A stretch of DNA of 64,000 nt, taken from positions 1-64,000 of the IMG/VR virus record IMGVR_UViG_3300027985_000843; one strand, written 5' to 3'. The notes below the pieces were generated by a model that had not been told where the DNA came from, did no database searches, and saw only the letters and a program-made list of their open reading frames with translations. Below, piece after piece: positions 17,821 to 27,215 of this stretch (positions are counted from its first letter, which is position 1; every line of letters begins with the position of its first letter). Position numbers and translations under genes: made by a program.

Positions 17821-18393
17821 TCACAAGAAGATGGACGGATCTTCGCACAGTTGCTTGAGTTGTTCAACCTTCCACGGGTCCACGTCTTCCGCCGCCGGCA
17901 ATGGGGGCATCAGGAAGGGGCCCGCCGCCCGAGCGACAACGACCTCTTGAGCTGCGGCGCCTTGGTCCGATGTGGGAAACACCAGGGTATTCTTGAGCCC
18001 GGACACCTCCAGCATGTACTTGAGGTGCTCCTCGTCCTGTTCGCTGCCCGTCGGCCACCCCTCGTCGCGAGGCCACACACGGCCGTCCCACCCGTAGCGG
18101 TCCAGGGCGGCCACGATGTTGTTGAGCGTCTCCTCGAAGACGGGCAGCTCGACTTGCAAGGTACCCCCCGGCTTCGAATCGACGGGATTTTTGGGCAGGA
18201 GCAAGACGGACAGCATCACGAGAGGTGTTTCCGTGGCCTCTCTGACCCCAATCCACCCAAAGAGGGGGAGCGACAGGAATGTTCCCTTGACCGGCTCGGA
18301 CAGAACTTTGCCCACGGGCAGCATTCGGTGATCGACGCCGGTCGCACCCGTGGGACGGGCCATCTTGTTTTTTCGCTTGTCACTGATCTTCAT
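17821..18393 (-). CDS. Hypothetical protein
   Basis: Class II motif (18405-18411) 11 nt upstream. Confidence 0.65.
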   Translation of the reverse strand: MKISDKRKNKMARPTGATGVDHRMLPVGKVLSEPVKGTFLSLPLFGWIGVREATETPLVMLSVLLLPKNPVDSKPGGTLQVELPVFEETLNNIVAALDRYGWDGRVWPRDEGWPTGSEQDEEHLKYMLEVSGLKNTLVFPTSDQGAAAQEVVVARAAGPFLMPPLPAAEDVDPWKVEQLKQLCEDPSIFL

Positions 18394-18414
18394 GGGGCCT
18401 TCTATACACCGGTC

Positions 18415-19011
18415 TCAGTCGAAGTCGAAGTCGTCTTTACCCAACCGGTTCCAAGCTGTTTTAGGTTCGGGATTGACGCTCTGGTAAGTCGGGCGAGAAG
18501 CCAGACCGTTCAATGGAACCGAACCCCTGGGAGGTATCATTACCCCTCCGATGTACAAGGTCTGACCTGTCAGATTCTGAAGGTTCAGACCGTCGAAGCT
18601 TGTGGCCGCCGTGCCGTTGGCGATAGCCATCTGGGCTTCTGATATGTGCACCACGACTGGAGTGCTGTCGTTGGAGGCGGGAGTATCGCGATAGGGGTGG
18701 GATGAAGATACGTGAAAGACAGTGTCAGGCTCAGGGTCCCTGTCGTAGATGGGGCGAGCCCCATCAGGCAGCGAAGGGATGCCACCGGGTACGGGCCTGG
18801 GCCTGGGCCTGGGCTGGGTCTGACGACTATTTTCGACCTCGACAACGTGCCTCATGTGCTGTTGGCAGGCGAAACAGAAGTCGCCTCCAAACCTTCCGGT
18901 GGCATGAAGCGCCAGCGCTTCGGTGCCGTGTGTGCTCAGCCTGCTCCGGCATATGTCGCAGACGACATAGTACCTAACCGTGCCGTCTAGTGTCGCAGTC
19001 TCGATCGCCAT
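18415..19011 (-). CDS. Zinc-binding protein with C-terminal TAWxRL motif
   Basis: CDIC..CFAC, PRPRPRP linker, ends KTAWNRLGKDDFDFD. Confidence 0.65.
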   Translation of the reverse strand: MAIETATLDGTVRYYVVCDICRSRLSTHGTEALALHATGRFGGDFCFACQQHMRHVVEVENSRQTQPRPRPRPVPGGIPSLPDGARPIYDRDPEPDTVFHVSSSHPYRDTPASNDSTPVVVHISEAQMAIANGTAATSFDGLNLQNLTGQTLYIGGVMIPPRGSVPLNGLASRPTYQSVNPEPKTAWNRLGKDDFDFD

Positions 19012-19023
19012 TTGATCTGAGCA

Positions 19024-19040
19024 TACACCAAATCGGTGTA
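19024..19040. promoter_or_regulatory. Back-to-back class II promoters
   Basis: TACACCA-aat-CGGTGTA; 12 nt to ATG 19011(-), 10 nt to ATG 19051(+). Confidence 0.8.
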
Positions 19041-19050
19041 GAATCTAAGC

Positions 19051-19479
19051 ATGACGCAACACGTACAAGCGAGGCTCATCGATGATGCCCGGCGTGCTTT
19101 TCTTAATTCTCCTGCTCGTGGTGGACGACATCTACAACAACCAACGACACAAGTGAGCAACATGACCATCGAATGTGTCTTCAGCGGGCACAGCCTTCGA
19201 GAAGGCTTGTGCGACGGCAAGGCGACATCGTTCTTTCGCAGTGCCAAGGGGACCGTTTGGGCGCTGTGTACCTCCTGCGCTGATCAACACAAGCGGGTGA
19301 GCATCGGTCTGGCGAAGCAAGGCCGGTTGGCGATCAAGCCCCTCGCGGGAGCCACCTTCGACATACCCTTGGACGACCCCGAGACCCTCGCCATCTGGGA
19401 GAGTCAGGGACCGGAGACCGTCCAGGGTATCATCCAAGCTGTGGACTACGTGACCAAGCGGTCGGTGACCAAAGGCTAG
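19051..19479 (+). CDS. Hypothetical protein
   Basis: ORF after class II motif. Confidence 0.65.
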   Translation: MTQHVQARLIDDARRAFLNSPARGGRHLQQPTTQVSNMTIECVFSGHSLREGLCDGKATSFFRSAKGTVWALCTSCADQHKRVSIGLAKQGRLAIKPLAGATFDIPLDDPETLAIWESQGPETVQGIIQAVDYVTKRSVTKG

Positions 19480-19790
19480 CGGTCAGCCGCTGCCGCCGCG
19501 ACCAACAGCATCGCCTTGTTCTCGGCGATCTCTCGATCTACCTTCTCAATCTCGTCCCGAAGTGCCCGACCCGTCTTGCCGATGGCAGCCAGCTCGTTGC
19601 CGGCCACTCCCCGGGCCCGCCCCCGAAGCGCCTTGTTGGCTTCCTTCTTCAGGGCGTACGCCTTGCGAAGCGCGTCTAGCTCGACCTTGGCCTGCTCCAG
19701 GACCTTGGCACTCACAGTAGTGCCCCAGCAATGAGGGCACAGCACCATCTTGATTCTGCCGGCCTCACAATGTCCGCAAGTGTTCCGCAT
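19476..19790 (-). CDS. Zinc-finger coiled-coil early protein
   Basis: CGHC...CPHCWG; class I motif upstream. Confidence 0.7.
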   Translation of the reverse strand: MRNTCGHCEAGRIKMVLCPHCWGTTVSAKVLEQAKVELDALRKAYALKKEANKALRGRARGVAGNELAAIGKTGRALRDEIEKVDREIAENKAMLLVAAAAADR

Positions 19791-19837
19791 GTCCCTACTA
19801 CGATCGTTCTGGACGATAGTTCGGAAAAATCGGTGTA
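19791..19837. promoter_or_regulatory. Divergent class I (-) and class II (+) promoters
   Basis: Minus: CCGAAC(19824)-N16-CGTAGTA-GGGAC-ATG(19790). Plus: CGGTGTA(19831)-N10-ATG(19848). Confidence 0.85.
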
Positions 19838-19847
19838 CCTAGCCAAC

Positions 19848-20108
19848 ATGAGGGAAGACATCATCATCGCCCAAGAACTTGAGGCCATGCGGAACGTGCA
19901 CGGAATGGACACTGCCCAGGCACTTCTCAAGGCCAATGGCTTCATCCTGCTTGCTTTCGGTCCCCGAAAGGTCACCTTCTACCCCGAGGACACGAAGATG
20001 ACCGACCGAGGCAGAATTCCACGAGAGGCCATCATCACCCAGACAGGCGTTCAATACCAAGAGTTCGCCAAAACTCTGAAAAAACCGGCCAAGAAGACGA
20101 GCAAATGA
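19848..20108 (+). CDS. Hypothetical protein
   Basis: Start reassigned from class II spacing. Confidence 0.6.
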   Translation: MREDIIIAQELEAMRNVHGMDTAQALLKANGFILLAFGPRKVTFYPEDTKMTDRGRIPREAIITQTGVQYQEFAKTLKKPAKKTSK

Positions 20109-20614
20109 TCTATTTCGCTGGGGGATTCAATAACCAGGGCAAGATGCTTGCCGTCGCCATTGGATCCAGCGACGACCCTGAACGCGCAGTTGAGAGACTC
20201 CGAGAGACGGCCCCATTCAAGACGCGCCTGCTTGCTGTCGAGGACGGCTCCGGAGAGGCTCTTGAGCGGCTCAGGAATCGATTCCGCACGGCCAGGCTAC
20301 AAGGACCCTGGTTCAAAGGCACGGAGGCCCTCACGGCCTACCTGGACGCCCTGCCACCCCTCTCTGTGTCGGGGAAGACCACCCGCATCTCCCTCGACGT
20401 AACAGCTCGGGAGTTCCAGCAGATCGAATCGGCCAGGTTGATGCTAGGAGTCAAGACCAAGGCCAAGTTCATCCGCCGAGCCATACGCTTCTTCGTCAGG
20501 GTTGTCACTCTCCAGAGCCAGGGCTTCTTGATTCAGGCAATCAAGGACGGGACCCTCTACCAGTTCCAGGACCTCGACCACGACCCCACACGCCCCGACG
20601 CACACCCCAAATAG
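20105..20614 (+). CDS. Degenerate GIY-YIG/T5orf172-like domain plus RHH-like C-terminus
   Basis: MIYF...AIGSSDDPE.....L.....R..GPWF; TTRISLDV...KAKFIRRAI. Confidence 0.6.
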   Translation: MIYFAGGFNNQGKMLAVAIGSSDDPERAVERLRETAPFKTRLLAVEDGSGEALERLRNRFRTARLQGPWFKGTEALTAYLDALPPLSVSGKTTRISLDVTAREFQQIESARLMLGVKTKAKFIRRAIRFFVRVVTLQSQGFLIQAIKDGTLYQFQDLDHDPTRPDAHPK

Positions 20615-20619
20615 GACGA

Positions 20620-20644
20620 CCCCGTGGGGAAGGAACCCACGGGG
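20620..20644. terminator. GC hairpin between convergent genes
   Basis: CCCCGTGGG-gaaggaa-CCCACGGGG perfect 9-bp stem; no clear U-tract. Confidence 0.5.
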
Positions 20645-20695
20645 CCATGGAGGAAACGGGACCTACCTAAACCATTCCACAGTTAGGGTGGATGG

Positions 20696-21154
20696 TCAAG
20701 GGGTCATATCAAAGGGGTCATTGTCCAAGAGACGGCCCCAAGCTGTGCGGTCCCCTTGGAAGTCGTACTTGGGGTTGTAGTCCGACAGGACGGCCGCGAA
20801 CTTCGTACTGTGTCCGTCTTCTGTCAGGTGAACGGTGACTTCCCACAACCCTCGGTCCTGTCGGTGGAAAAGGGACACGCCCCCTTCGCGCCTTGTGACC
20901 AACTTGACCCGCTGGTTATGGTCGAGGGCCACTGTGGATCCCACCTGGAAAGACGCGACCCTTCGATCGTCGAATGGTCGAAGCAAGTACAGTTGCCAGT
21001 CCCGGTGCATGTCCAGCTTCTCGACCAGCCCCTCTGTCTCGTCCGTCGGACGTACGAGGTCCTTCGAGTCTCGATGAAGGATGACCACCCCAAGGGCACA
21101 CCTCAGGGAGGTGCTGTCCAAGCGGACGTACGCGGGCGATAGCTCAATCAGCAT
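20696..21154 (-). CDS. Hypothetical protein with C-terminal TAWxRL motif
   Basis: Ends RTAWGRLLDNDPFDMTP. Confidence 0.65.
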   Translation of the reverse strand: MLIELSPAYVRLDSTSLRCALGVVILHRDSKDLVRPTDETEGLVEKLDMHRDWQLYLLRPFDDRRVASFQVGSTVALDHNQRVKLVTRREGGVSLFHRQDRGLWEVTVHLTEDGHSTKFAAVLSDYNPKYDFQGDRTAWGRLLDNDPFDMTP

Positions 21155-21767
21155 CAGGACTCCGAATGAAGTCAGATCGTGTGAAGAGGGACCGAACAGT
21201 AAGCCCCGTCTCCGTTGTGATGCGGCCCACGCCGCCCTCCTTGCGGTCGACCACAACGCACACCCCCACGACATTGTGGCCGGCCTCACGCAGAGCTTGA
21301 ATGGCCCGAATGGTCGAGCCTCCCGTGGTGACCACATCCTCCAGGAGCACGACACGTGCACACGTGACATTTCCTTCCTCGTCCGCTCCGTACGGGAAAG
21401 GAGCTTCCACGATTTTACCCATGCCGTGCCCCTTTGGAGCTTTCCGGATGTAGAAGGCGGGTAGCAGCGGGATGTTCTGGGGGCCCCCGAGTTCACCCGT
21501 CAGAACACGATCGAGAGCTGACGTGTAGGATACAGCACTCGCGAGCGGGCACCCTCCCAGCTCCACGCCCGCAATAGCTTGAACGTTGTCGAACGTCTTG
21601 ACCATCTCGTACAGCAGACGCCCCAGCTTCCAGTGCCCATCAGCAGACAGGGCCACCGGCCGAACGTCGATGTAGAAGTCACTGGTCTTGCCAGAGGCAA
21701 GAGTGAACTCCCCTCGCTTGAACCCCCACAGCTTGAGCATCCCCAGAAGCGATTGTTTCATCTTCAT
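21144..21767 (-). CDS. pyrE: Orotate phosphoribosyltransferase
   Basis: GEFTLASGKTSDFYID, RKAPKGHG, PRPP-binding LLEDVVTTGGS, VVDR. Confidence 0.93.
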   Translation of the reverse strand: MKMKQSLLGMLKLWGFKRGEFTLASGKTSDFYIDVRPVALSADGHWKLGRLLYEMVKTFDNVQAIAGVELGGCPLASAVSYTSALDRVLTGELGGPQNIPLLPAFYIRKAPKGHGMGKIVEAPFPYGADEEGNVTCARVVLLEDVVTTGGSTIRAIQALREAGHNVVGVCVVVDRKEGGVGRITTETGLTVRSLFTRSDFIRSPDAD

Positions 21768-21783
21768 CTCCTTGCCTATCTGG

Positions 21784-21819
21784 TACACCGGGTCGGGTGC
21801 CGTGGGCAATCTTCTTGTG
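21784..21819. promoter_or_regulatory. Divergent class II (-) and class III (+) promoters
   Basis: TACACCG (21784-21790) toward pyrE; TCTTCTTGTG(21810)-N13-ATG(21833). Confidence 0.7.
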
Positions 21820-21832
21820 ACTTTCCCCAAGC

Positions 21833-22489
21833 ATGGATTCCGTTGGACGCGTCATCCGCATTTTTCTGGCTACGAGAACTCACTACAAGGTGGACTTTCG
21901 CAAGCTCAGGGAAATGAACAGCCCCGCCTTCCGCCAAGAGCAGATGCGGATGGAGGGGGGCTACAACAAGTGGCGCGTTGAACTCGTCCCCATCCGAGAC
22001 ATCCGGGTGCCCAAGGTCTGGAACCCCGGCCGGTTCGACCAAGCCAAGAAGCTCATCGACAAGGGCACGCCCCTCGACCCCATCCGAGCCACGAAGGTCG
22101 GGGGTAAGTGGGAGATCGATGACGGCATCCACCGAACCAACGTGAGCATCGCCAAAGGATACACGCACGTTCCGGTTTTGGTGCCCGAGTGGGTCGCAAC
22201 CCCCGAAGCATACGAAGCTCCCGAACCAGAAAAGAAGCAACTTACCAAGGGCACATGGATCAAGCTGCGCGAGCCCTTCGACGGCCGGTCCGTCGGATGG
22301 GTGGACGAACAGCTTGGAAGCAACCAACCACGAGGCGTCCGCCGATGGCGCTATGGGCTCGCCCTCATCGGCCCCGGCGAAGACTGGCCCGACACAGGGG
22401 ACTTCTCTGATGATGAGCTGGACGTCAGATCCCCGCCTCCGTGGGCCATCGAAGCTCGTCTAAAGGCCGAAGCGGCGGGCTGGGCTTAG
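21833..22489 (+). CDS. ParB/Srx-like domain protein with N-terminal RVIRIFL motif
   Basis: LDPI...WEIDDGIHR...GYTHVPV. Confidence 0.75.
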   Translation: MDSVGRVIRIFLATRTHYKVDFRKLREMNSPAFRQEQMRMEGGYNKWRVELVPIRDIRVPKVWNPGRFDQAKKLIDKGTPLDPIRATKVGGKWEIDDGIHRTNVSIAKGYTHVPVLVPEWVATPEAYEAPEPEKKQLTKGTWIKLREPFDGRSVGWVDEQLGSNQPRGVRRWRYGLALIGPGEDWPDTGDFSDDELDVRSPPPWAIEARLKAEAAGWA

Positions 22490-22647
22490 TTCCAGCAGGG
22501 CTTCGAAGGCTTGGTTGCGTTCAGATCGAACAGAGGGAGCAGACGCCCCAGCTCCTGCAACCGGTCCACCACCATCTCGGTGTTCTCGACGATCTGAAGG
22601 GTCGGGAGGTCTTCGATGCTGGGGGGCGGGTTGCTCTTGGTGCTCAT
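22486..22647 (-). CDS. 53-aa early microprotein (absent from ORF track)
   Basis: MSTKSNPPPSIEDLPTLQIV...CWN*, ATG at exact class I spacing. Confidence 0.6.
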   Translation of the reverse strand: MSTKSNPPPSIEDLPTLQIVENTEMVVDRLQELGRLLPLFDLNATKPSKPCWN

Positions 22648-22681
22648 GGCTCTACTACGTCAGGAACTAGGAGGAGTTCGG
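22648..22681 (-). promoter_or_regulatory. Class I promoter
   Basis: CCGAAC-N16-CGTAGTA-GAGCC-ATG(22647). Confidence 0.85.
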
Positions 22682-22978
22682 AAAGAGTTGCTTCTGGTAG
22701 GAGTGGAACACTTCGAGGACTTCCCGGGCCGATAGCGACTCGTCCACCTCGAAGCTCACCGACTTGGTTGCTACGACCACCGCGTAGCCCCTGCCGATCC
22801 ATACACCGGAAGTGACCTCCGGCCCAAGACGAACACGATGCAGCTCCTGAGCTGACAGGCCCATCCTGTACAGCTCAAGCTCGAACTTCACCCGGAACGC
22901 ATGGTGCTCCTGGATCCACTCGACGAGGGGTAGGCGATTCGAGATAGGTATTGTAGCCATTATCAATTCTTTGGTCAT
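22667..22978 (-). CDS. Hypothetical protein
   Basis: ATGA overlap with upstream ORF. Confidence 0.55.
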   Translation of the reverse strand: MTKELIMATIPISNRLPLVEWIQEHHAFRVKFELELYRMGLSAQELHRVRLGPEVTSGVWIGRGYAVVVATKSVSFEVDESLSAREVLEVFHSYQKQLFPNSS

Positions 22979-23472
22979 GGTTCATCTGGCTCCCCCTCAA
23001 TAATGTCCTCGGTTAAGCGTTCGAACGCCGTCGGGACGTGGTCGGGGATGTCGATGGGCTCCCACAGGATGTCCATCTGATCGGCGGCACACACGTACTG
23101 ACCTTCCAGGCCCGGCCGGCGAACGTTCTGGATGGTGATCTGCCCCCTGTGGGACTGCACCACCCGACCCTCTACATCTCGGTTGTCGTCTCCGACACCA
23201 ATGACCCATGAGCCTACGCTGAAAGGATCCTGTCCAGCCTCCAGAGTACCGTGAGATGCGAACCGCCTCAGGATCGGCAAAAGCTCCTGAGCATGGTCCC
23301 GCGTCAAGTGCATCCGGCCGTGCTGAATCTCCTCGCCCTCAAAGCTCACATCTACGCCAAGCCACACACAATCTTCCCCAGGAATGGAGGACTCCTGAAG
23401 ACTGCACAGGGCGCCATAGCGGTCTTGAAACTCAGCTCGCAGGAGCCCCTTCTTCGTCGGCTTGAACAACAT
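22975..23472 (-). CDS. Hypothetical phage protein with C-terminal TAFxRL motif
   Basis: F.DRYG..CSLQESS...CVWLG...RMHLTR; ends PTAFERLTEDIIEGEPDEP. Confidence 0.7.
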   Translation of the reverse strand: MLFKPTKKGLLRAEFQDRYGALCSLQESSIPGEDCVWLGVDVSFEGEEIQHGRMHLTRDHAQELLPILRRFASHGTLEAGQDPFSVGSWVIGVGDDNRDVEGRVVQSHRGQITIQNVRRPGLEGQYVCAADQMDILWEPIDIPDHVPTAFERLTEDIIEGEPDEP

Positions 23473-23526
23473 CTGCCAAAGATGTTCAAGAAGAACATCT
23501 TCGATAGAGAATTCGGGAAAGTACGA

Positions 23527-23934
23527 CTATCCCGACAGGGATTGTTTCGGCGCCGGCAATCGCCACACCATTGGCGTGACGTTCAGGCTTCGACAGGCTA
23601 CGAGGCACAGATTGCCCGTCATGAGGTAGGGCCTGCCAGGCTCCGCCCTGTCGAGGACCACGGGAGCTGGCAAAGTAGCTTCCCTGGACAGTGCTAGCGT
23701 TACAACACTCAGGTCCTCCCCGAGTCGTGCCGCGACCCTCTCGGCCTCTACCAAGCTGAACGTGTCGTTGGAGTCCGTGTTATCCAGCCGGCACCAAGTG
23801 TATCCGTCGAGGCGTTCCAGCTTGCCTCTGTCCAGATAAGAGTTCAGCTCGTCCAGAGACATCCGGAAGTCGAAGGCTGCTCTCTCGAACGACTTTCGGT
23901 CGTCGGCCACATTCGGACGTCGCCACTTTGCCAT
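23527..23934 (-). CDS. ParB/Srx-like protein (degenerate)
   Basis: LPAPVVL...PYLMTGNLCL. Confidence 0.5.
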   Translation of the reverse strand: MAKWRRPNVADDRKSFERAAFDFRMSLDELNSYLDRGKLERLDGYTWCRLDNTDSNDTFSLVEAERVAARLGEDLSVVTLALSREATLPAPVVLDRAEPGRPYLMTGNLCLVACRSLNVTPMVWRLPAPKQSLSG

Positions 23935-23967
23935 GATACCCTCCCCCTGATAAGTTGGTATGTTGGA

Positions 23968-26175
23968 TCAATCGATGATGAGGGACCACACCGCCGTCGG
24001 GTTGGCCTCCCAACTCTTGCATCGACGAACCTCGTATACACCGGCGGGCATGTCTTGGATTGGATCATGCTCCGGATGGTCGACCATGAAACTGCTCTCG
24101 CACCGAATGAATCCGAGGCGGTTCTTCACGCTCTTGGCCGTGTTCTGGACGAGCTTGATGGGGGCACCCCCAGTAGGCACGAACGCGTGGCTCTCGAAGT
24201 CCTTCACGCTCTGACCTTCCGCGTCCCAGTCGAAGGTCTGCGTCGTGTTCTGAATGAAGATGAGATCACCCTGCTGAGCAAAGATCTCCTCCGCTCGGAT
24301 GTTGCCCGCCATGTAGCGGTACCCCTCTTGGATGAGTCGGTTGGCCGGAGTGGGAACGCCGTTCTTGCTTCGGCACGGATGCACACGGTGGAAGTGCACG
24401 CGGGTGCGATAGCTCCCCAGCCGCTCGAAGATGATCAGGAACGCCGGGTACCCTTGGTTCATGGCCGAACCCGTGAGGGTGTAGTACATCATTCCGTAAT
24501 CGTCCCGACCGTTGAGCCCCTTCTCCAGTTCGTTGACGACGGGGCTGCTCGACTGAAGATCGATCGTGTTCGCCTCGAACACCTGGTACAGGTGTGAGTA
24601 GCAATAGGTCGTGGAGTACCCCTGCACGGCCATCGACACATAGGGGACCTCGACGGTCCGCGTCTCATTGTCCACGATAGGCGTCAGCGCACTTCGACGC
24701 TTCGAGGTCCCCTCTTCCGTCGCCTCGTCCATCTCCAGTTCCCACTGTGACTGCACGAACTTCGGCACGCACTTCCACTGGGGAAGCTTCGAGCCTTTCG
24801 GCCCGCGCTTCGGCGTGTTGCGGTTGAGGTACTCTTCCAGTCGGGGGAGGAAAGAGATGAAAGGCGTCACGGCCCGGCTGTACTGTTTGCGGCCCCCTGC
24901 CGACTGAGCGATCTCGCAAAGCGTGTCGCCCCATCCACGAGCGAACGCGTCTTCCCACAGGTCGAACTCGGTGTTGATCAGGTGCGTCTTCTCTGCTGAG
25001 TCGTGGAACACCGAGAAGGGGATCTTGCCCTCTTCGATGGCGGCGAACAGCTTCTTGTGCTTGCTGGGGTCGATACCCAGGCCCTCGGCCTTCGCCTTGT
25101 TGCCTTTGCGATAGCTCCAGTCCTTCTTGGCCTTCTTCTCGTTGAACTGCTCAACCGCTTCGGGCAGCTTGTAGCACAGGTTCCGGTGGTGCAGGCCCCA
25201 GTCGGCCTCGTGGTAGTAGCCCCCTGGCTCGTCGGACTTATCGACGAGCATAGCTGCCCGAAGACCTGCAACCAGCTTGTCGTAGTCGACACCGTCCTTC
25301 TTGAGGAAGGCTGCGACGAGTTGGTTGTTGCTCACGCCTTCGCGTACCTTGTCGTCTTGGAGCCAAGAGAGGAAGCGGAACAAGAGCGGCTCTTCCTTCT
25401 CCAGACGATCGAGGTTGGGCTTGATGTCCTTGCGGTTCTTGACGCTCTTGATGCCCTTTTCACCGCCTGTGGGCTGATCGTCGAAGAACGCGTTCCACAG
25501 AGCGTCGACGTCGTCGATCTCGTAGTGCGTGAGAAGGTTCCACAGGTTGTGCCAACCGTCCTGCTCGTGGCCGCTGCCGTGCCTGTCAATGAGGGGGACG
25601 TCCCACTCGTACGCCATGCCGAACACTTCGGCCTCGACATGAGGAGTACCGTGCCTCAACGTCACCTTCCCCGCGTTGGGGCGACAGAACCGCAGCTCCG
25701 CGTCCTCGGACTTGCCACCACACTTCACACGGACCTTGAGGTAGGCATATGGAACCAGGATCGTGTCCACGTTCCGATAGTGATAGTAGTTGTAGTAGCG
25801 AGGATCGTACGAGTCGATTTCCTGGTAGGTCCGTACCCTTCCCCCGCCTTGCCAGTAATACTGCCTGTCCTCGCGGGTGACCTTTTTCGTACGAGCCACC
25901 TCGCCCTCGATGGGCTCGACTTCGAAGAAGGGCTCGTCGACCTCTTCCGTAGTCGCCTGTCGGGAGTAGATGTAGGAGTTGGTGTGATCTTCGCCAATGA
26001 CGATGAGGTTGTCACCCCACAGCCAACCGTGGACAACGAGCCCTTTCAACTCGACGGAGCACTTCAGAACAGCCGTCTCGGCAGGCGGGTGCCTGTCCTC
26101 AGGTACGATGTTGTTGATGTAGTTTAGGGTGTTGCCGTTCTCGTCAAGGGCTCTGTAGAAATGGATATCCTGCAT
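23968..26175 (-). CDS. Large hypothetical protein
   Basis: 735-aa ORF; C-terminal QQGDLIF..SH..HPEH..GVYEVRR His-cluster domain; class II motif 10 nt upstream. Confidence 0.85.
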   Translation of the reverse strand: MQDIHFYRALDENGNTLNYINNIVPEDRHPPAETAVLKCSVELKGLVVHGWLWGDNLIVIGEDHTNSYIYSRQATTEEVDEPFFEVEPIEGEVARTKKVTREDRQYYWQGGGRVRTYQEIDSYDPRYYNYYHYRNVDTILVPYAYLKVRVKCGGKSEDAELRFCRPNAGKVTLRHGTPHVEAEVFGMAYEWDVPLIDRHGSGHEQDGWHNLWNLLTHYEIDDVDALWNAFFDDQPTGGEKGIKSVKNRKDIKPNLDRLEKEEPLLFRFLSWLQDDKVREGVSNNQLVAAFLKKDGVDYDKLVAGLRAAMLVDKSDEPGGYYHEADWGLHHRNLCYKLPEAVEQFNEKKAKKDWSYRKGNKAKAEGLGIDPSKHKKLFAAIEEGKIPFSVFHDSAEKTHLINTEFDLWEDAFARGWGDTLCEIAQSAGGRKQYSRAVTPFISFLPRLEEYLNRNTPKRGPKGSKLPQWKCVPKFVQSQWELEMDEATEEGTSKRRSALTPIVDNETRTVEVPYVSMAVQGYSTTYCYSHLYQVFEANTIDLQSSSPVVNELEKGLNGRDDYGMMYYTLTGSAMNQGYPAFLIIFERLGSYRTRVHFHRVHPCRSKNGVPTPANRLIQEGYRYMAGNIRAEEIFAQQGDLIFIQNTTQTFDWDAEGQSVKDFESHAFVPTGGAPIKLVQNTAKSVKNRLGFIRCESSFMVDHPEHDPIQDMPAGVYEVRRCKSWEANPTAVWSLIID

Positions 26176-26185
26176 GCCATGAACC

Positions 26186-26207
26186 TACACCGGAGACCCC
26201 CGGTGTA
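26186..26207. promoter_or_regulatory. Back-to-back class II promoters
   Basis: TACACCG-N8-CGGTGTA. Confidence 0.8.
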
Positions 26208-26701
26208 TGATCGATTTCGTGCCTCTCACTTCCAATCAGATCACGGCCATCTATGCCCTAGATTGGCTGCTCGACGTGAGCGAAGACCGTCGCCGTTCGG
26301 GTCGCTCACTTGCGTGGGGCGCGGCCCTCATCAGACAAGCCCTGCGCCACCCAGGCAGACGTATCGCCTACTGTGACCACATCACCTCGATGGGCGGGGA
26401 GGAAGGGTACGAAAACCAACGCCGTATCATGTACCATGTCGTGCGCAACCTCATAGCCAGACACCCGGAACTCGACAGGCTCCAATGGGAGTTCCCCAAC
26501 ATGCGGTATTTTTGGCTGGCGTCTGATCAACTTGTGGACACCGACTGGATGCCGATGCCCCACGGCACAATGGACCCTGTCGTGTTGGGTCCCGAACCCG
26601 AGCCCCCACCTGAACCCGAGCTATCCGAACCGGCGTTCCCGGCCCCTACCTGCTGGGAGAGACTACTCGCGGAGAAAAAGGGCGACAACCCGTTCGATTG
26701 A
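26207..26701 (+). CDS. Hypothetical protein with C-terminal TCWxRL motif (likely GTG start at 26219)
   Basis: RRSGRS P-loop-like stretch, Pro-rich linker, ends PTCWERLLAEKKGDNPFD. Confidence 0.65.
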   Translation: MIDFVPLTSNQITAIYALDWLLDVSEDRRRSGRSLAWGAALIRQALRHPGRRIAYCDHITSMGGEEGYENQRRIMYHVVRNLIARHPELDRLQWEFPNMRYFWLASDQLVDTDWMPMPHGTMDPVVLGPEPEPPPEPELSEPAFPAPTCWERLLAEKKGDNPFD

Positions 26702-26863
26702 TGCCTTCTTGGGCTTGCCGTTCTCCGTCTTGAACTCGTAATCCGGCTTCATTTTCTTGTAGATCCCCATGATGAAGTCGTATTCCTCAGCACGACCCTG
26801 CTCCTTGGCGATCTCCTTGGCCTTCTGCCACTTCTCTTCGTCTCGCTTGGTCTTCGTCGGCAT
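26663..26863 (-). CDS. Small putative late protein with C-terminal RVVALFL motif
   Basis: DEEKWQKAK...IMGIYKKM...ASIERVVALFL; class III motif TTCTCTTGTG (26877-26886) 13 nt upstream. Confidence 0.7.
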   Translation of the reverse strand: MPTKTKRDEEKWQKAKEIAKEQGRAEEYDFIMGIYKKMKPDYEFKTENGKPKKASIERVVALFLRE

Positions 26864-26873
26864 ATCTCTGGCG

Positions 26874-27215
26874 TCACACAAGAGAACTAGGCGGCATGGC
26901 CTCCAGCTGTACTACGTGGATACCCTCCCGACCCTCCCGCCAAGCTCGAATCAACCGATGACACCCGTCGCCAATGAATCCCTCTGGTGTCAGAATGATG
27001 GGGTAGCTCAAGTCCGCATTCTCGATGCGGTTCAAGTGATCAAGGATCTCACGCACAGACAGAGGACCTGCCGACCAGGTGTGGCTGTCTAGCAGCTCCT
27101 CGATGTCGACCACTTCGTCAAGCGACAACCATACGGGCTCGATACCCTCAGCAGCCGCCCACAGGTCTTTCACATCCCACGTCTCTTCGCCGTTGCTGTA
27201 GGTGTGGGGTTCCAT
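26874..27215 (-). CDS. ParB/Srx-like domain protein
   Basis: ADLSYPIIL...IGDGCHRLIRA. Confidence 0.8.
   Translation of the reverse strand: MEPHTYSNGEETWDVKDLWAAAEGIEPVWLSLDEVVDIEELLDSHTWSAGPLSVREILDHLNRIENADLSYPIILTPEGFIGDGCHRLIRAWREGREGIHVVQLEAMPPSSLV

Noticed and set aside
26207-26701. RRSGRS as a terminase or helicase Walker A
   Set aside because: The catalytic Lys is absent and the protein is too short, with no Walker B.
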